From: an uncultured Ectothiorhodospiraceae bacterium | GTDB taxonomy: Bacteria > Pseudomonadota > Gammaproteobacteria > UBA9214 | Assembly: GCA_947258545.1 (NCBI GenBank) | Contig: CAMYJI010000004.1 | Coordinates: 6,701-70,700, forward strand | Length of the DNA stretch: 64,000 bases | Direction: 5' to 3' | Shown: positions 1 through 9,548 of the stretch, in pieces | How positions within the stretch are numbered: position 1 is the stretch's first letter | Layout: each line of letters begins with the position of its first letter | Program-made: the position numbers and the translations under genes | The notes under the pieces: generated by a model | What the model saw: only the letters and a program-made list of their open reading frames with translations | Databases searched by the model: none | Told to the model about the DNA's origin: nothing

Positions 1-48
1 CCGGCCTTCGCCGGAATGACGAAAGATGAGTTAATCAGGCCTTCCCTA
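1..48. repeat. CGTC-type REP palindrome plus terminal motif (truncated by window edge)
   Basis: CCGGCCTTCGCCGGAATGACG followed by ATCAGGCCTTCCCTA; the same motifs occur at 13080-13214 and 45289-45425. Confidence 0.8.
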
Positions 49-477
49 AAGGATTTTGCTCATTTTGACATGGGCGATGCGGTTAAACAGCATGTGTCCG
101 GGCCCGGTGGTGATATAGCCCTGCTTGCAGTAGAAGCCTAGCGCGGTTTCGCGCGCATCGAGCACAATGCGGGTGGCGCCCAGCACCGCGCCCCGGGTCT
201 CCAGGGTCTTCAATATCAGGGTACCGATACCCTGGCGCTGCTGCCCCACATCAACTGCCATGTAGCGGATCTGGGCTTCGGAGATGGAGTTGAAGTGGAG
301 GCGCCCGACCCCCAGCGCCGCCTTGCCGGCGCCGATGACCATGATATGGGTGCTGGTGGCATCGAGTGCATCCCGTTCGCTGCCGCGCGGCTGGTTCCAG
401 GGAGCGCGCAGGATCTTCCAGCGCAGTTCATAATACTGTTCGAATTCGGCGGCGCTGACCGGCTCAATCAGTCTCAC
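46..477 (-). CDS. GNAT family N-acetyltransferase (YiiD N-terminal-like)
   Basis: 143 aa; LRWKILRAPW, AQIRYMAV, QRQGIG (acetyl-CoA motif A), ARETALGFY. Confidence 0.85.
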   Translation of the reverse strand: MRLIEPVSAAEFEQYYELRWKILRAPWNQPRGSERDALDATSTHIMVIGAGKAALGVGRLHFNSISEAQIRYMAVDVGQQRQGIGTLILKTLETRGAVLGATRIVLDARETALGFYCKQGYITTGPGHMLFNRIAHVKMSKIL

Positions 478-491
478 GTCAGAGTGTGGCT

Positions 492-1088
492 TCAGGCGAA
501 TACCACCCAGGTTGTGGCAATGTACTTCACGCCCTTCTCGAGCACGGCGCCGCGGTGTTCGTGGGTCCAGAAGGGGGGGAACAGCAGCAGCTTGCCGGCC
601 TCAGGGCGGATCTGCACCTTCTGGTAGGAGAAATCCGTGGTCCCGCCGGGACCGGGGACATCGTTCAGGTACCAGACCGCAACCAGCTGACGCAGGCTGA
701 ATTCATGGCTGCCACCGTCGATGTGCCAGTGGTAGTACTCGCCCGGGTTGGTGCGCTGGATTGCGTAGCCGGAATCCTTGAAGGGCCCCTTGAAAAACGG
801 GTAGGTCTCGCGGAACTCGTGAATGGCGGTTCCCAGCGAGCGGAACAGGGCCTGGTCGATGTCCTTCCAGTGCGTCTTGCCGCTGATCACCAGGTCGGTC
901 GACTTCTTGATGCTGCGGTCTGTTGCCACCGTCTGCCCGATACGCCCCTGGTACTGTTCTTCCTCGAGTTCCTCGAAGCGGCGGACCATCTCGTTGCAGA
1001 CATCAATGGGCAGTGCCCCGGGTTTCTCGAAAATAAAGCTATTTTCCCTGACCTCGGTGATGCTGTTGAGTGCGCTGCGTGGTTCCAC
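492..1088 (-). CDS. 2OG-Fe(II) oxygenase family protein
   Basis: HxD (YHWHID), WYLNDV..GGTTDF, LLLFPPFWTHEHRG, KYIATTW; start moved to GTG 1088 to avoid overlap with the upstream gene. Confidence 0.85.
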   Translation of the reverse strand: MEPRSALNSITEVRENSFIFEKPGALPIDVCNEMVRRFEELEEEQYQGRIGQTVATDRSIKKSTDLVISGKTHWKDIDQALFRSLGTAIHEFRETYPFFKGPFKDSGYAIQRTNPGEYYHWHIDGGSHEFSLRQLVAVWYLNDVPGPGGTTDFSYQKVQIRPEAGKLLLFPPFWTHEHRGAVLEKGVKYIATTWVVFA

Positions 1089-1137
1089 TGTCCGGTTCTG
1101 CCTGCGGCTGCTGTGCTGGTGTCTGACTGGCGGGCAG

Positions 1138-2223
1138 TCAGAGGATGCGTTGCTCCACCAGGGCGGTGATCTCATCCTGACAGTTGCTGCCCCTGTGGCG
1201 ATAAAGCTCGAGCACTTCCTCTGCCAGCATGAGCCAGTGTCCGCGTGCGCTGCTGGCGGCCCTGTTCAGTTCGACAGGGCTGCCGCTCCTTGTCCAGCTT
1301 TCGTAGGCCGACAGCAGCGTGGGGAACAGCGATTTGCGCAGATTGCCCATATTGGCGATATAAAAATGCAGTGAGGCCGGGGTGATGTCATCCAGCAGTG
1401 TGGGCAGGGTGGACAGGGCATCCGCTGCATGGTCACGCACGGCGCGCAGCAGGAGTTCGGTCTTGCTGTGCGGTACGGTGGCCAGCAGTTCTTCCCAGTC
1501 GCTGCCCAGTTCATTGCCCACCATGACCTCGCCGATCTCGTGCAGCATGACGGTGCGGATTTCATTGTTGGTCATTTCATCCAGGGCCTGTTCCGGCAGG
1601 CTGTCGAAACTGTAGCAGTTGATGGCCCTTTGCATGGCATTGGCCGGCCGGTTCCAGCGCCATTCCTCGATTTTCTCCCACAGCATGCGCCGCAGCGATT
1701 CGCGGCGGATGAAGATCCTGTTGTTCAGGCTCATCGCGGGGGGGGCCGTCAGGTCGCGTGCGTATTCCCGGCCGGAGATATACAGGGTATAGCCGTCGTG
1801 GCGGCGCTGTTCATCCAGGCTGCCCAGAAAGAAATGCGTACGCCTGTTGCGGCCGATGCCGCTGCTGTAGACATAGCCAAGGCTGTTGAGGTGGTGGTTG
1901 ATGGCGTCGGCGTCAAACGGGTCACACTGCCGGTCAGGCAGGGGTATGGACTCGAACGGTTTTCCTGCAACCGTCTCCCAGAGATCTTCCCGGGCGCTCA
2001 GCCAGGCGGTCAAATCCGCGTGCGGCAGCGGACTGCTGAAGGGCAGATTATTTTCCCAGCGGTAGTATTCGCGCATCTTGAGCAGGTAGACGCACAGGGT
2101 ATAGTCCGTGGCATGGCGGGCATCGCTGATATGGCAGTTTGCCCGCACCGCCGCCAGGGTTGGGGCCAGTTCGTCACTGATGTCAGAGGTGCCGGACAGG
2201 GCTGGATTGGGGGCTGTGGACAC
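1138..2223 (-). CDS. Conserved hypothetical protein, Sfum_1244-like family
   Basis: 361 aa; NCHISDARHA..YTLCVYLLKMREYYRWE, EYARDLTAPPAM, LHEIGE; family recognised from memory. Confidence 0.65.
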   Translation of the reverse strand: MSTAPNPALSGTSDISDELAPTLAAVRANCHISDARHATDYTLCVYLLKMREYYRWENNLPFSSPLPHADLTAWLSAREDLWETVAGKPFESIPLPDRQCDPFDADAINHHLNSLGYVYSSGIGRNRRTHFFLGSLDEQRRHDGYTLYISGREYARDLTAPPAMSLNNRIFIRRESLRRMLWEKIEEWRWNRPANAMQRAINCYSFDSLPEQALDEMTNNEIRTVMLHEIGEVMVGNELGSDWEELLATVPHSKTELLLRAVRDHAADALSTLPTLLDDITPASLHFYIANMGNLRKSLFPTLLSAYESWTRSGSPVELNRAASSARGHWLMLAEEVLELYRHRGSNCQDEITALVEQRIL

Positions 2224-2337
2224 ACCGAATACCTTACTGAAATCCTCGGTTTTTCTATGCTAGCATGCAGGCATAATCCCTGCCAGCAGCCCATGACAGC
2301 GGTCTGAAGTCGATTGTATTTTCCAAGGAGTAGCAGC

Positions 2338-2883
2338 GTGCGCGTCAAGAGCAAATGGAACCTCAAGGACAAGCAGCGTTCCCTGTCGGAGACCGGCGGG
2401 GCCATGGCCTTTATCCTGTGGCGGATCGCCCAGCAGGGGGTGCTGAACCTGGAGAACGAGGGCTTCCAGACCGATACCAATGCGCAGCGTCTCGATATCA
2501 TGGCCGAGTTCCTGGCCTTCCTGGTACACCTGGTCGATCGCATCACCAGCGCTGACCTGGGCCAGGAGGAGCGGGTGGAATTCATCACCTCGCTGGCCAG
2601 GCACCTTGCCGACAACATGCAGCAAAACCGTACCGACGCCGAGGGCAAGGGTGAGTACCGCCAGGCCCTGGTGACCCTGCTGAATGAGCGGGCGGCCGAT
2701 TATGCGGAATTTGCATTCACGGACAATGAGCCGGGCTTCGCCTTTCGGCGCTACTTTGGCGAGAACGTCAGGGCCGTGATGGGCGCAAAGGACAACAAGT
2801 GGATCACCGACCAGGTCATGGATATCGAGGTCCCCGAGGCCCTGAAACCGCTCGGGAAGGCGCTGCGTGACCTGTTTGCCTAG
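2338..2883 (+). CDS. Conserved hypothetical protein
   Basis: AAGGAG RBS before GTG 2338; typical codon usage; ends just before a bidirectional terminator. Confidence 0.75.
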   Translation: MRVKSKWNLKDKQRSLSETGGAMAFILWRIAQQGVLNLENEGFQTDTNAQRLDIMAEFLAFLVHLVDRITSADLGQEERVEFITSLARHLADNMQQNRTDAEGKGEYRQALVTLLNERAADYAEFAFTDNEPGFAFRRYFGENVRAVMGAKDNKWITDQVMDIEVPEALKPLGKALRDLFA

Positions 2884-2915
2884 CCCGCGTTCCCCGACGG
2901 CTTGTCCCGGGCAAT

Positions 2916-2943
2916 AAAAAAGGCGGGCACTGCCCGCCTTTTT
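2916..2943. terminator. Bidirectional intrinsic terminator
   Basis: AAAAAAGGCGGGCA-C-TGCCCGCCTTTTT between convergent genes. Confidence 0.85.
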
Positions 2944-2959
2944 CGGAGTCAGCGGATGC

Positions 2960-3154
2960 CTACTTGACCCATTTCGAGAAGTTGTCCGTGTTGCGGGCCT
3001 TGCCATCCTCGTAACCGGCGGAGTAGGCCTCGGTGACACGCTGTTCCTCGCGTTCCGGGTTCAGCAGAAAACCGCCCTGCCAGCCCTGGATGTATTCCGG
3101 GTCCACGCCCATCTCTTCCATTTTCGTGTTAGCGTCATAGTATGTCTGGTCCAT
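2960..3154 (-). CDS. Small protein, Alvin_2107-like (sulfur-globule oxidation associated)
   Basis: 64 aa MDQTYYD..GVDPEYIQGWQGGFLLNPEREEQRVTEAYSAGYEDGK; AGGAG RBS; family recognised from memory. Confidence 0.75.
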   Translation of the reverse strand: MDQTYYDANTKMEEMGVDPEYIQGWQGGFLLNPEREEQRVTEAYSAGYEDGKARNTDNFSKWVK

Positions 3155-3215
3155 CTTCAACTCCTCGTGTTGTCTGAATTAGTAAACAATCAAAATAAAC
3201 AGCCGGCGGCCCCGG

Positions 3216-4349
3216 TTAACCGGTGGCTGCCCTGAATCTGCTCAACGCCTCTCCCGAATCGATGGCCTTGCGCACCGTGTCGGCGGCCTCAACGAGCGAC
3301 CCGTTGCGACCCAGCTGGTTCAGGATGATAGCTGCCGCATAGACCAGGCTGTCACGTGCCGGTCCGGCCTTGCCGCCGAGCGCCTCCATTCCGGTATCGG
3401 CAGCCGCCCTGGCGGCGGCCTCGATATCCACTGTAGTTGCAATGGCGTCGCCCTGCGTCCCGGCCATGGTAGTGTTTTCCGGCAGGGGGACGGCCCGGGT
3501 CGGTTGGTCTATGCCGATGGAGCGGGGATCATAGTCCAGCGGGTATTCTTCACCGGCGTCATGATAACAGAATACCCGCGCAGGCTGTTTCAGTGACGGT
3601 ATGACACCGCCCTCAACACCCCGGATAATCGCTGCCGAGTCGAAACCGGCCTGTCGGGCCAGTCGCGCATACACCGGAGGATAGGCCTTGTGGACATAGC
3701 CGACCATCAGGTGTGTTTTTTGCCTGCCCCGTACCGGGCCAGTGAGGTTTTCGACCGTCGTCAGTACCGGGCGTTTGACGATGCGTGAACGCAATGCGGT
3801 CAAATTATGCAGGCTCGGGCAGGACCGTTTCTGATCCACGTAACCCCAGCCGATGTCCGGGTTTGCGAGCCGCCCGGCGCTGTCCTGGGCGTTCAAATCC
3901 ACGTTGATACCGGCCGCCTTGAGGACCTTGCGATGGGTGGCGCCGTTCTTGGGGCCGACACTGTCCAGGCCGTGGGAGATGGCAGGCAGGCCGCAGGCGG
4001 CGAACACCGCTGGCAGGAACGGGGAAATCGCCAGGCCACGGGTGATACCGTCATAGGGGTCGGCGATATCCAGGACTTCGTCGACATCGGCCACGACACT
4101 GTGCATGGTATCCAGGATGGCCTGCAGGACCCCGGCATTTTCCTCGTCGGTCTCGCGCTTCATGCGCAACGCAATCAGCAAGACCGCCGCCTGGACGGGG
4201 TCGGCCTTTCCTTCCAGGATCAGGCGCATCGCGGCATGGGTTTCATCGAAAGACAGGTCTTTGCTGAACTCGGGGCCAGTCGCGACCTTCTGGATGCAGG
4301 AGCGCATGACCGGGTCTGAGGTACTGTCAGGGATCACTTGAGCAGACAT
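3216..4349 (-). CDS. Anthranilate phosphoribosyltransferase-like protein (glycosyl transferase family 3, YbiB-like)
   Basis: 377 aa; N-terminal helical domain AAVLLIALRMKRET, DIADPYDG, HGLDSVGPK, RGVEGG; lacks the canonical TrpD GTGGD motif. Confidence 0.75.
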   Translation of the reverse strand: MSAQVIPDSTSDPVMRSCIQKVATGPEFSKDLSFDETHAAMRLILEGKADPVQAAVLLIALRMKRETDEENAGVLQAILDTMHSVVADVDEVLDIADPYDGITRGLAISPFLPAVFAACGLPAISHGLDSVGPKNGATHRKVLKAAGINVDLNAQDSAGRLANPDIGWGYVDQKRSCPSLHNLTALRSRIVKRPVLTTVENLTGPVRGRQKTHLMVGYVHKAYPPVYARLARQAGFDSAAIIRGVEGGVIPSLKQPARVFCYHDAGEEYPLDYDPRSIGIDQPTRAVPLPENTTMAGTQGDAIATTVDIEAAARAAADTGMEALGGKAGPARDSLVYAAAIILNQLGRNGSLVEAADTVRKAIDSGEALSRFRAATG

Positions 4350-4615
4350 GAAATTCGGCTACACCATTGTTTCAATTAGAGTTACTGAAAGCTGGCGCAA
4401 GTATACAGCAGCCCCACGGGCCCCCGAATATCCCCATGGGGGGGGAAATCAGCTGCCGGCACATGGATGGTTTCCATAATTAAATCAGATACATTCCCCC
4501 TTTGGGGGTATTCGAACAGCATCCCTGAGTGGATAGCATAGCCACTGGTTAATTTTGGCCCGGCCTGGCGTGCATTCATTGCGCTTGTGGACCGGCCAGC
4601 ACAACGAGGCAGACG

Positions 4616-5047
4616 ATGGCGGAAATGTACGACCCGAATTTTACCAGTGGTGTGGCGGCCTTCGAGGCCAAGAACTTTTCCCTTGCCATGCGGCTGCTTT
4701 CCCCCCTGGCCGAGGCCGGTGATCCCGATGCCCAGCACCGGGTTGCGATAATGTGCCAGAACGGTCTGGGCGTCGTCCGCAACGAAAAGATGGCCTATGA
4801 AATGATGCGTGCGGCGGCCGAGCAGGGACTTGCCCTGGCGCAGCACGGCCTGGGCTTCATGTACCTCGAGGGGGACTGTGTGGAGCAGGACAGCGCCGCA
4901 GCCGTCGAGTGGTTCCGCAAGGCCTCGGAGCAGGGATTGGCAGGCTCGCTCACCACCCTGGCCAAGATGTACGAGGATGGTAACGGCGTCGAAAAAGACC
5001 CGGAGATGGCCAAAAAGCTGTATGCCCAGGCAGGATTCGACTTCTGA
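4616..5047 (+). CDS. Sel1-repeat protein
   Basis: Three SLR repeats (AEAGDPDAQ, AAEQGLALAQHGLGFMYLEG, ASEQGLAG..LAKMYEDGNGV). Confidence 0.9.
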   Translation: MAEMYDPNFTSGVAAFEAKNFSLAMRLLSPLAEAGDPDAQHRVAIMCQNGLGVVRNEKMAYEMMRAAAEQGLALAQHGLGFMYLEGDCVEQDSAAAVEWFRKASEQGLAGSLTTLAKMYEDGNGVEKDPEMAKKLYAQAGFDF

Positions 5048-5086
5048 TCACGGACAGTGTGCGCATAATCGAGCGGGTCGCTTGAG

Positions 5087-6208
5087 ATGGAGCTGTCAGC
5101 TGAAGATGCCCTGCGGATCAACGTCCTGTTGGCGAGCCCCATTGAGGCTGTCCGCATCGATGAATCCAGCATGACCCTGTATGCGCTGTCCGAGAAGGGG
5201 GAGGCCAGGGTCAAGCTGAATCCCAACTGCCGCGACGAATCCTACCTGCGCCGCGTGCGTGAGGCGCTCTCGAGCCACGTTCTGGGCTCACCCGGGGGCT
5301 ACCCTGTCTACCTGAAGCGCTGGACACGGATGGGGCAGACCCGCCACGGAATGCTCGAGTCACTGCTGTTGCTCGGCGAACCCGAGGCCGTTGTGGCCGT
5401 CGTCAACGCCAGCGGGATCAGCAGCGAGATTGCCCGGCGGGCCTGGTGGGCGTCGCAGTCCGCCGAGAACGCACGCTGCATGCTCCGGCAAAAACCGGTT
5501 GCGGAAGGGGAGATGGGTGCCATACTGGCGGATTTCCTGGTGGAATTTCTGCCATTCGAGGAGGAGGCGAAAGATGTGATCGCCTCGGTGCGGCTGGTCC
5601 TGCAACCGGGTCTGATCAGTGCCGAGTCCAGGCGGAAGATCTGGGAGAGGGGCAGGCACAAGAACGCCTATTATGTGGGTTTTCTTCATGGCACCCCGGA
5701 TGAGCTGCCGGGCAAGTCGACGCCACACCCTGCCTGGGAGCAGGCCCGCTCGAGACTCGCAGGCCTGCGTGGGAGTGACAACCCCTATGCGATTCAGCTA
5801 TGCCGATTGCTGAGCGCCAAGGGCCAGGGTTTTCTGGCAACCGTGGAAGAGGTGATCAGGAAGCCATCCAATCAGGACGTGGTCGTTGAACTATTGCTGG
5901 CGATTGCCGCCTATTTCGGGCCACTTCGCATGAATAGCTGCAGGCATGAGGACATGGAAGCAATCCTGCACGGCGCCGATGAAGACCTCGCGGCATACCG
6001 TGCACGGGGAAACGCAATTGGCGATGTGCTGGCAGCAATACCTGAGCTGGAGCAGCAGCTGCGTGCAATGCTGGTGCTTGCGAACGTGGATGAACCGCTG
6101 GTCAATCCCATCTTTTCGCGTACGGATGCCATCGGGTCCGTGATGCACAAGAAGCTCAAGCCGGTTAGCGAGCCGTTGCAGGAGCAAATCAATATTTTGA
6201 GGAAGTAA
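5087..6208 (+). CDS. dsrS: Sulfur oxidation protein DsrS
   Basis: MELSAEDALRINVLLA..AVRIDES..LNPNCRDESYL..VLGSPGGYPVYLKRWTRMGQ, as recalled for DsrS; next to cysG. Confidence 0.85.
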   Translation: MELSAEDALRINVLLASPIEAVRIDESSMTLYALSEKGEARVKLNPNCRDESYLRRVREALSSHVLGSPGGYPVYLKRWTRMGQTRHGMLESLLLLGEPEAVVAVVNASGISSEIARRAWWASQSAENARCMLRQKPVAEGEMGAILADFLVEFLPFEEEAKDVIASVRLVLQPGLISAESRRKIWERGRHKNAYYVGFLHGTPDELPGKSTPHPAWEQARSRLAGLRGSDNPYAIQLCRLLSAKGQGFLATVEEVIRKPSNQDVVVELLLAIAAYFGPLRMNSCRHEDMEAILHGADEDLAAYRARGNAIGDVLAAIPELEQQLRAMLVLANVDEPLVNPIFSRTDAIGSVMHKKLKPVSEPLQEQINILRK

Positions 6209-6312
6209 GGCATGTTATTTTTGTAATATCCGGTCAGCGTGACTTGCACCTGCCGTGCAGTTTGCGCGCACTGGATAAACGCGTACCTTTTCTTGGACTT
6301 CAGACTCTGTAA

Positions 6313-7716
6313 ATGAAATTTCTACCTGTTTTTCTGGATGTGAATGATCGGTCTTGCCTGGTCGTTGGCGGCGGCAAGGTCGCGGCGCGCAAGGTTGCCT
6401 TGCTGAGGCGCTCGGGTGCCGATGTCACGGTGGTGGCGCCTGCCCTGTGCGATGAACTCGCAACACTACGGGATAGTGGCGGGCTACATTATGAAGCCAG
6501 GGTATTCGATGACCAGGATGTCCATGACAGGGTGCTGGTCATCGCGGCCACTGATGACGAAGGCGTGAACCGTAAAGTATCGGAGCTGGCCGCGAGCAGG
6601 CAGATACCGGTCAATGTGGTGGATACCCCCGGGCTTTGCAGTTTTATTGTGCCGTCAATCGTCGACCGCTCACCGGTTCAGGTCGCCATCTCGACGGGGG
6701 GTGCCTCCCCGGTGCTGGCGCGCCTGTTGCGTGCACGCATCGAAAGCTTTATCCCCTCGGCCTATGGTCGGCTTGCAGCGCTGGTGGACGAGTACCGGCA
6801 CAAGGTGAAGGACCGGTTTGCCAAGTCGGACCAGCGGCGTTACTTCTGGGAGAGCGTCCTGCAGGGACGGGTAGCGGAATTGCTGTTTGCCGGTCATGAC
6901 AAGCAGGCACGCAGTGCGCTTGAAGAGGCCATTGATGACACCAGCCAGTCCTATGAGACCCGAGGTGAGGTCTACCTGGTGGGTGCAGGACCAGGTGATC
7001 CGGACCTGATCACCTTTCGTGCACTACGCCTGATGCAACAGGCTGATGTCGTGGTCTATGACAGGCTGGTTTCCCAGCCGATACTTGACCTGGTGCGGCG
7101 TGATGCCGAAATGATCTATGCCGGCAAGGAACGTGATAATCACACCCTCTCGCAGGAGAGTATCAACGAGCTGCTGGTGAGATTGGCCAGGGAGGGCAAG
7201 CGTGTGCTCCGCCTCAAGGGCGGTGACCCGTTTATTTTCGGACGCGGCGGTGAGGAGATCGAGACGCTGGCTGAGGAGGGCATCCCCTTCCAGGTGGTGC
7301 CTGGAATTACTGCAGCGGCAGGCTGTGCGTCCTATGCCGGCATACCACTCACACACCGCGACTATGCCCAGTCATGCACCTTTGTCACAGGACATCTGAA
7401 AGACGGCAGCGTAGACCTTGATTGGGAGAAGCTGGCCAAGCCGGCCCAGACCATCGTGTTTTACATGGGATTGCACAGTATCGAAATCATCAGCCGGGAA
7501 CTGATTGCGCACGGGCTTTCGGAGACCACCCCGGTGGCGCTGGTGCAGAAAGGCACTACGCCGGAACAACGCGTGTTTGTTGAGACGCTTGGGTCGTTGC
7601 CTGGTCTTATTAAGAAGAAAGAGCTTAAACCACCCACCATTATTATCGTGGGTGAGGTGGTGCAACTGCAGAAGAAACTGAGATGGTTTGGGGTGAGTGA
7701 TGCTAGTAAAGGTTGA
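6313..7716 (+). CDS. cysG: Siroheme synthase CysG
   Basis: N-terminal GGGKVAARK dehydrogenase/chelatase domain and C-terminal VYLVGAGPGDPDLIT, RLKGGDPFIFGRGGEE methyltransferase domain. Confidence 0.97.
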   Translation: MKFLPVFLDVNDRSCLVVGGGKVAARKVALLRRSGADVTVVAPALCDELATLRDSGGLHYEARVFDDQDVHDRVLVIAATDDEGVNRKVSELAASRQIPVNVVDTPGLCSFIVPSIVDRSPVQVAISTGGASPVLARLLRARIESFIPSAYGRLAALVDEYRHKVKDRFAKSDQRRYFWESVLQGRVAELLFAGHDKQARSALEEAIDDTSQSYETRGEVYLVGAGPGDPDLITFRALRLMQQADVVVYDRLVSQPILDLVRRDAEMIYAGKERDNHTLSQESINELLVRLAREGKRVLRLKGGDPFIFGRGGEEIETLAEEGIPFQVVPGITAAAGCASYAGIPLTHRDYAQSCTFVTGHLKDGSVDLDWEKLAKPAQTIVFYMGLHSIEIISRELIAHGLSETTPVALVQKGTTPEQRVFVETLGSLPGLIKKKELKPPTIIIVGEVVQLQKKLRWFGVSDASKG

Positions 7717-7767
7717 TAATTATTGTTTGGCCCAATTTCGCATTAATTCGAATAGATTAATACCTTT

Positions 7768-9450
7768 GTGAATAAGAATCCGGAATTTGAGCAATCCATG
7801 TTGAGGGTTGCTGGTATTGCTATAGTTGCTCTATATATATTCACGCTACAAAATTATAGAGATATTCCTGTTTTACAAATAAATTATGTAATCGTATTTG
7901 GAGTAATCTATTTTTCTATATCATTGCTTATAATGCTTTTCTCTGGCATTGAGGTGGGGAATAAATCCCTACGTCGTGTGTCAGGTATGGCGCTGGATAT
8001 TCTGATGACATCAGTGTATCTGAATATATTATCTGAATATGGTGCGCCCCTGTTTGCAGTATATCTTTGGGTGATAATAGGCAATGGCTTCCGCTTTGGT
8101 GTTGAATATCTCCTGGCAAGCGCTGTCCTTTCTATTGCTGGATTCTTGTGGGTTGCCAATAACAGTTCATACTGGGGTGAATTACCCGCCATAGTAGCAA
8201 CTGGCGTGGTAATACTGGCCGTGGTACCGGGTTACGTGGCAGTACTCCTAAGGAGGTTGCAGACTGAGAAAATCAGGGCAGAGGCGGCCAATAGAGAGAA
8301 ATCCCGTTTTATTGCGAACATAAGCCATGAAATCAGGACTCCGCTGAATGCAGTCGCGGGATTCAGCGAGCTGCTGGATGAGACGTATGACAAGGCATAC
8401 ATGCAGCGTCTGATCAAGGGTATCCAGAGCTCGGCACGCAGCCTGGCAATGCTCGTTGACGGTGTGCTCGAGTTCTCCAGGATCGAGGCCGGGCGTATCG
8501 ATGTCGAGTGCGTGCCGTTCGAGATGGAGGAGCTGCTGGATGGCATCAGGAGTGTATTCTCGCTGCAGGCCGAGAACAAAGGCATCCGGTTTTCCTGCGA
8601 AATCGATCCAGGTGTCCCGCCTGTTATCCTTGGCGATGTCAATCGCCTTCGCCAGGTCCTTGTTAACCTGGTTGGCAATGCCATGAAATTCACAGACACA
8701 GGATATATCAGCCTGAGGCTCGCGAAGCAACGTGATCAGCAGCAAGGCGACATCATCCGCTTCGAGGTGCAGGATAGCGGCATCGGGATCAGGCAGGACA
8801 TACAGCCTTATATCTTTGATCGCTTTCGTCAGGCAGACGATTCGGCCCGGAGAGCGCATGGCGGTACCGGGCTGGGTACGGCGATAGCCAGGCACCTGGT
8901 TGAATTGATGGGCGGGCAAATCGGACTGGAAAGTGAATATGGACAGGGGAGTACCTTCTGGTTCACCATCCCGTGCCAGGTAAGTACTGATACAGGCATG
9001 TCTGCGGCGATCGCTAAGGAACAGCCGCTTGCCGGCCAGCTGCCGGGTGAGGGCAAGGCCATCAGGGTCCTGGTTGCGGATGACAACGAAATGAACCGGC
9101 ATGTTTTCAGAGGGATGCTCAGGAAGCTGGGCATCACGGCAAGTTTCGCCGAATCAGGTCCGGTTGCCCTTGGGAAACTCCTGCAGGACAGGTTTGATCT
9201 TGTCATGCTCGACATCCAGATGCCCGGCATGTCGGGTTTCGATGTGATCGCCCGATACCATGAGGACACGGCCGCTCCTGACAGGGTCCCGATCGTCATT
9301 GTGACAGGGGATGCGACTGCCGATATACAGGCGCAGTGTCATCAGCTGGGGGTCAGCCGCTACCTGATCAAGCCGGTCGAACTGGGCGAGCTGCGACGTG
9401 TTGTCACCGAACTGGCAGGTTTCAATGGCCATGCAGCTGTGCCCGTGTGA
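7768..9450 (+). CDS. RpfC-like membrane hybrid sensor histidine kinase (TM sensor-HisKA-HATPase-receiver)
   Basis: About 5 TM helices with [18 protein letters not shown]; H-box SHEIRTPLN; N-box [10 protein letters not shown]; GGTGLG; receiver [18 protein letters not shown]; no HPt visible. Confidence 0.9.
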   Translation: MNKNPEFEQSMLRVAGIAIVALYIFTLQNYRDIPVLQINYVIVFGVIYFSISLLIMLFSGIEVGNKSLRRVSGMALDILMTSVYLNILSEYGAPLFAVYLWVIIGNGFRFGVEYLLASAVLSIAGFLWVANNSSYWGELPAIVATGVVILAVVPGYVAVLLRRLQTEKIRAEAANREKSRFIANISHEIRTPLNAVAGFSELLDETYDKAYMQRLIKGIQSSARSLAMLVDGVLEFSRIEAGRIDVECVPFEMEELLDGIRSVFSLQAENKGIRFSCEIDPGVPPVILGDVNRLRQVLVNLVGNAMKFTDTGYISLRLAKQRDQQQGDIIRFEVQDSGIGIRQDIQPYIFDRFRQADDSARRAHGGTGLGTAIARHLVELMGGQIGLESEYGQGSTFWFTIPCQVSTDTGMSAAIAKEQPLAGQLPGEGKAIRVLVADDNEMNRHVFRGMLRKLGITASFAESGPVALGKLLQDRFDLVMLDIQMPGMSGFDVIARYHEDTAAPDRVPIVIVTGDATADIQAQCHQLGVSRYLIKPVELGELRRVVTELAGFNGHAAVPV

Positions 9451-9548
9451 GTCGCTCACCGGATCACGACTGTCGCGAACATAAAGCACAATCAGATTAA
9501 CTATCTGCTCTACTATCGAACCGATTTACAAGACTGCCCAATCTCCAT

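Noticed and set aside
3216-4349. trpD assignment
   Set aside because: It lacks the GTGGD PRPP-binding motif and any trp operon context, so it is treated as a YbiB/TrpD-like paralog.
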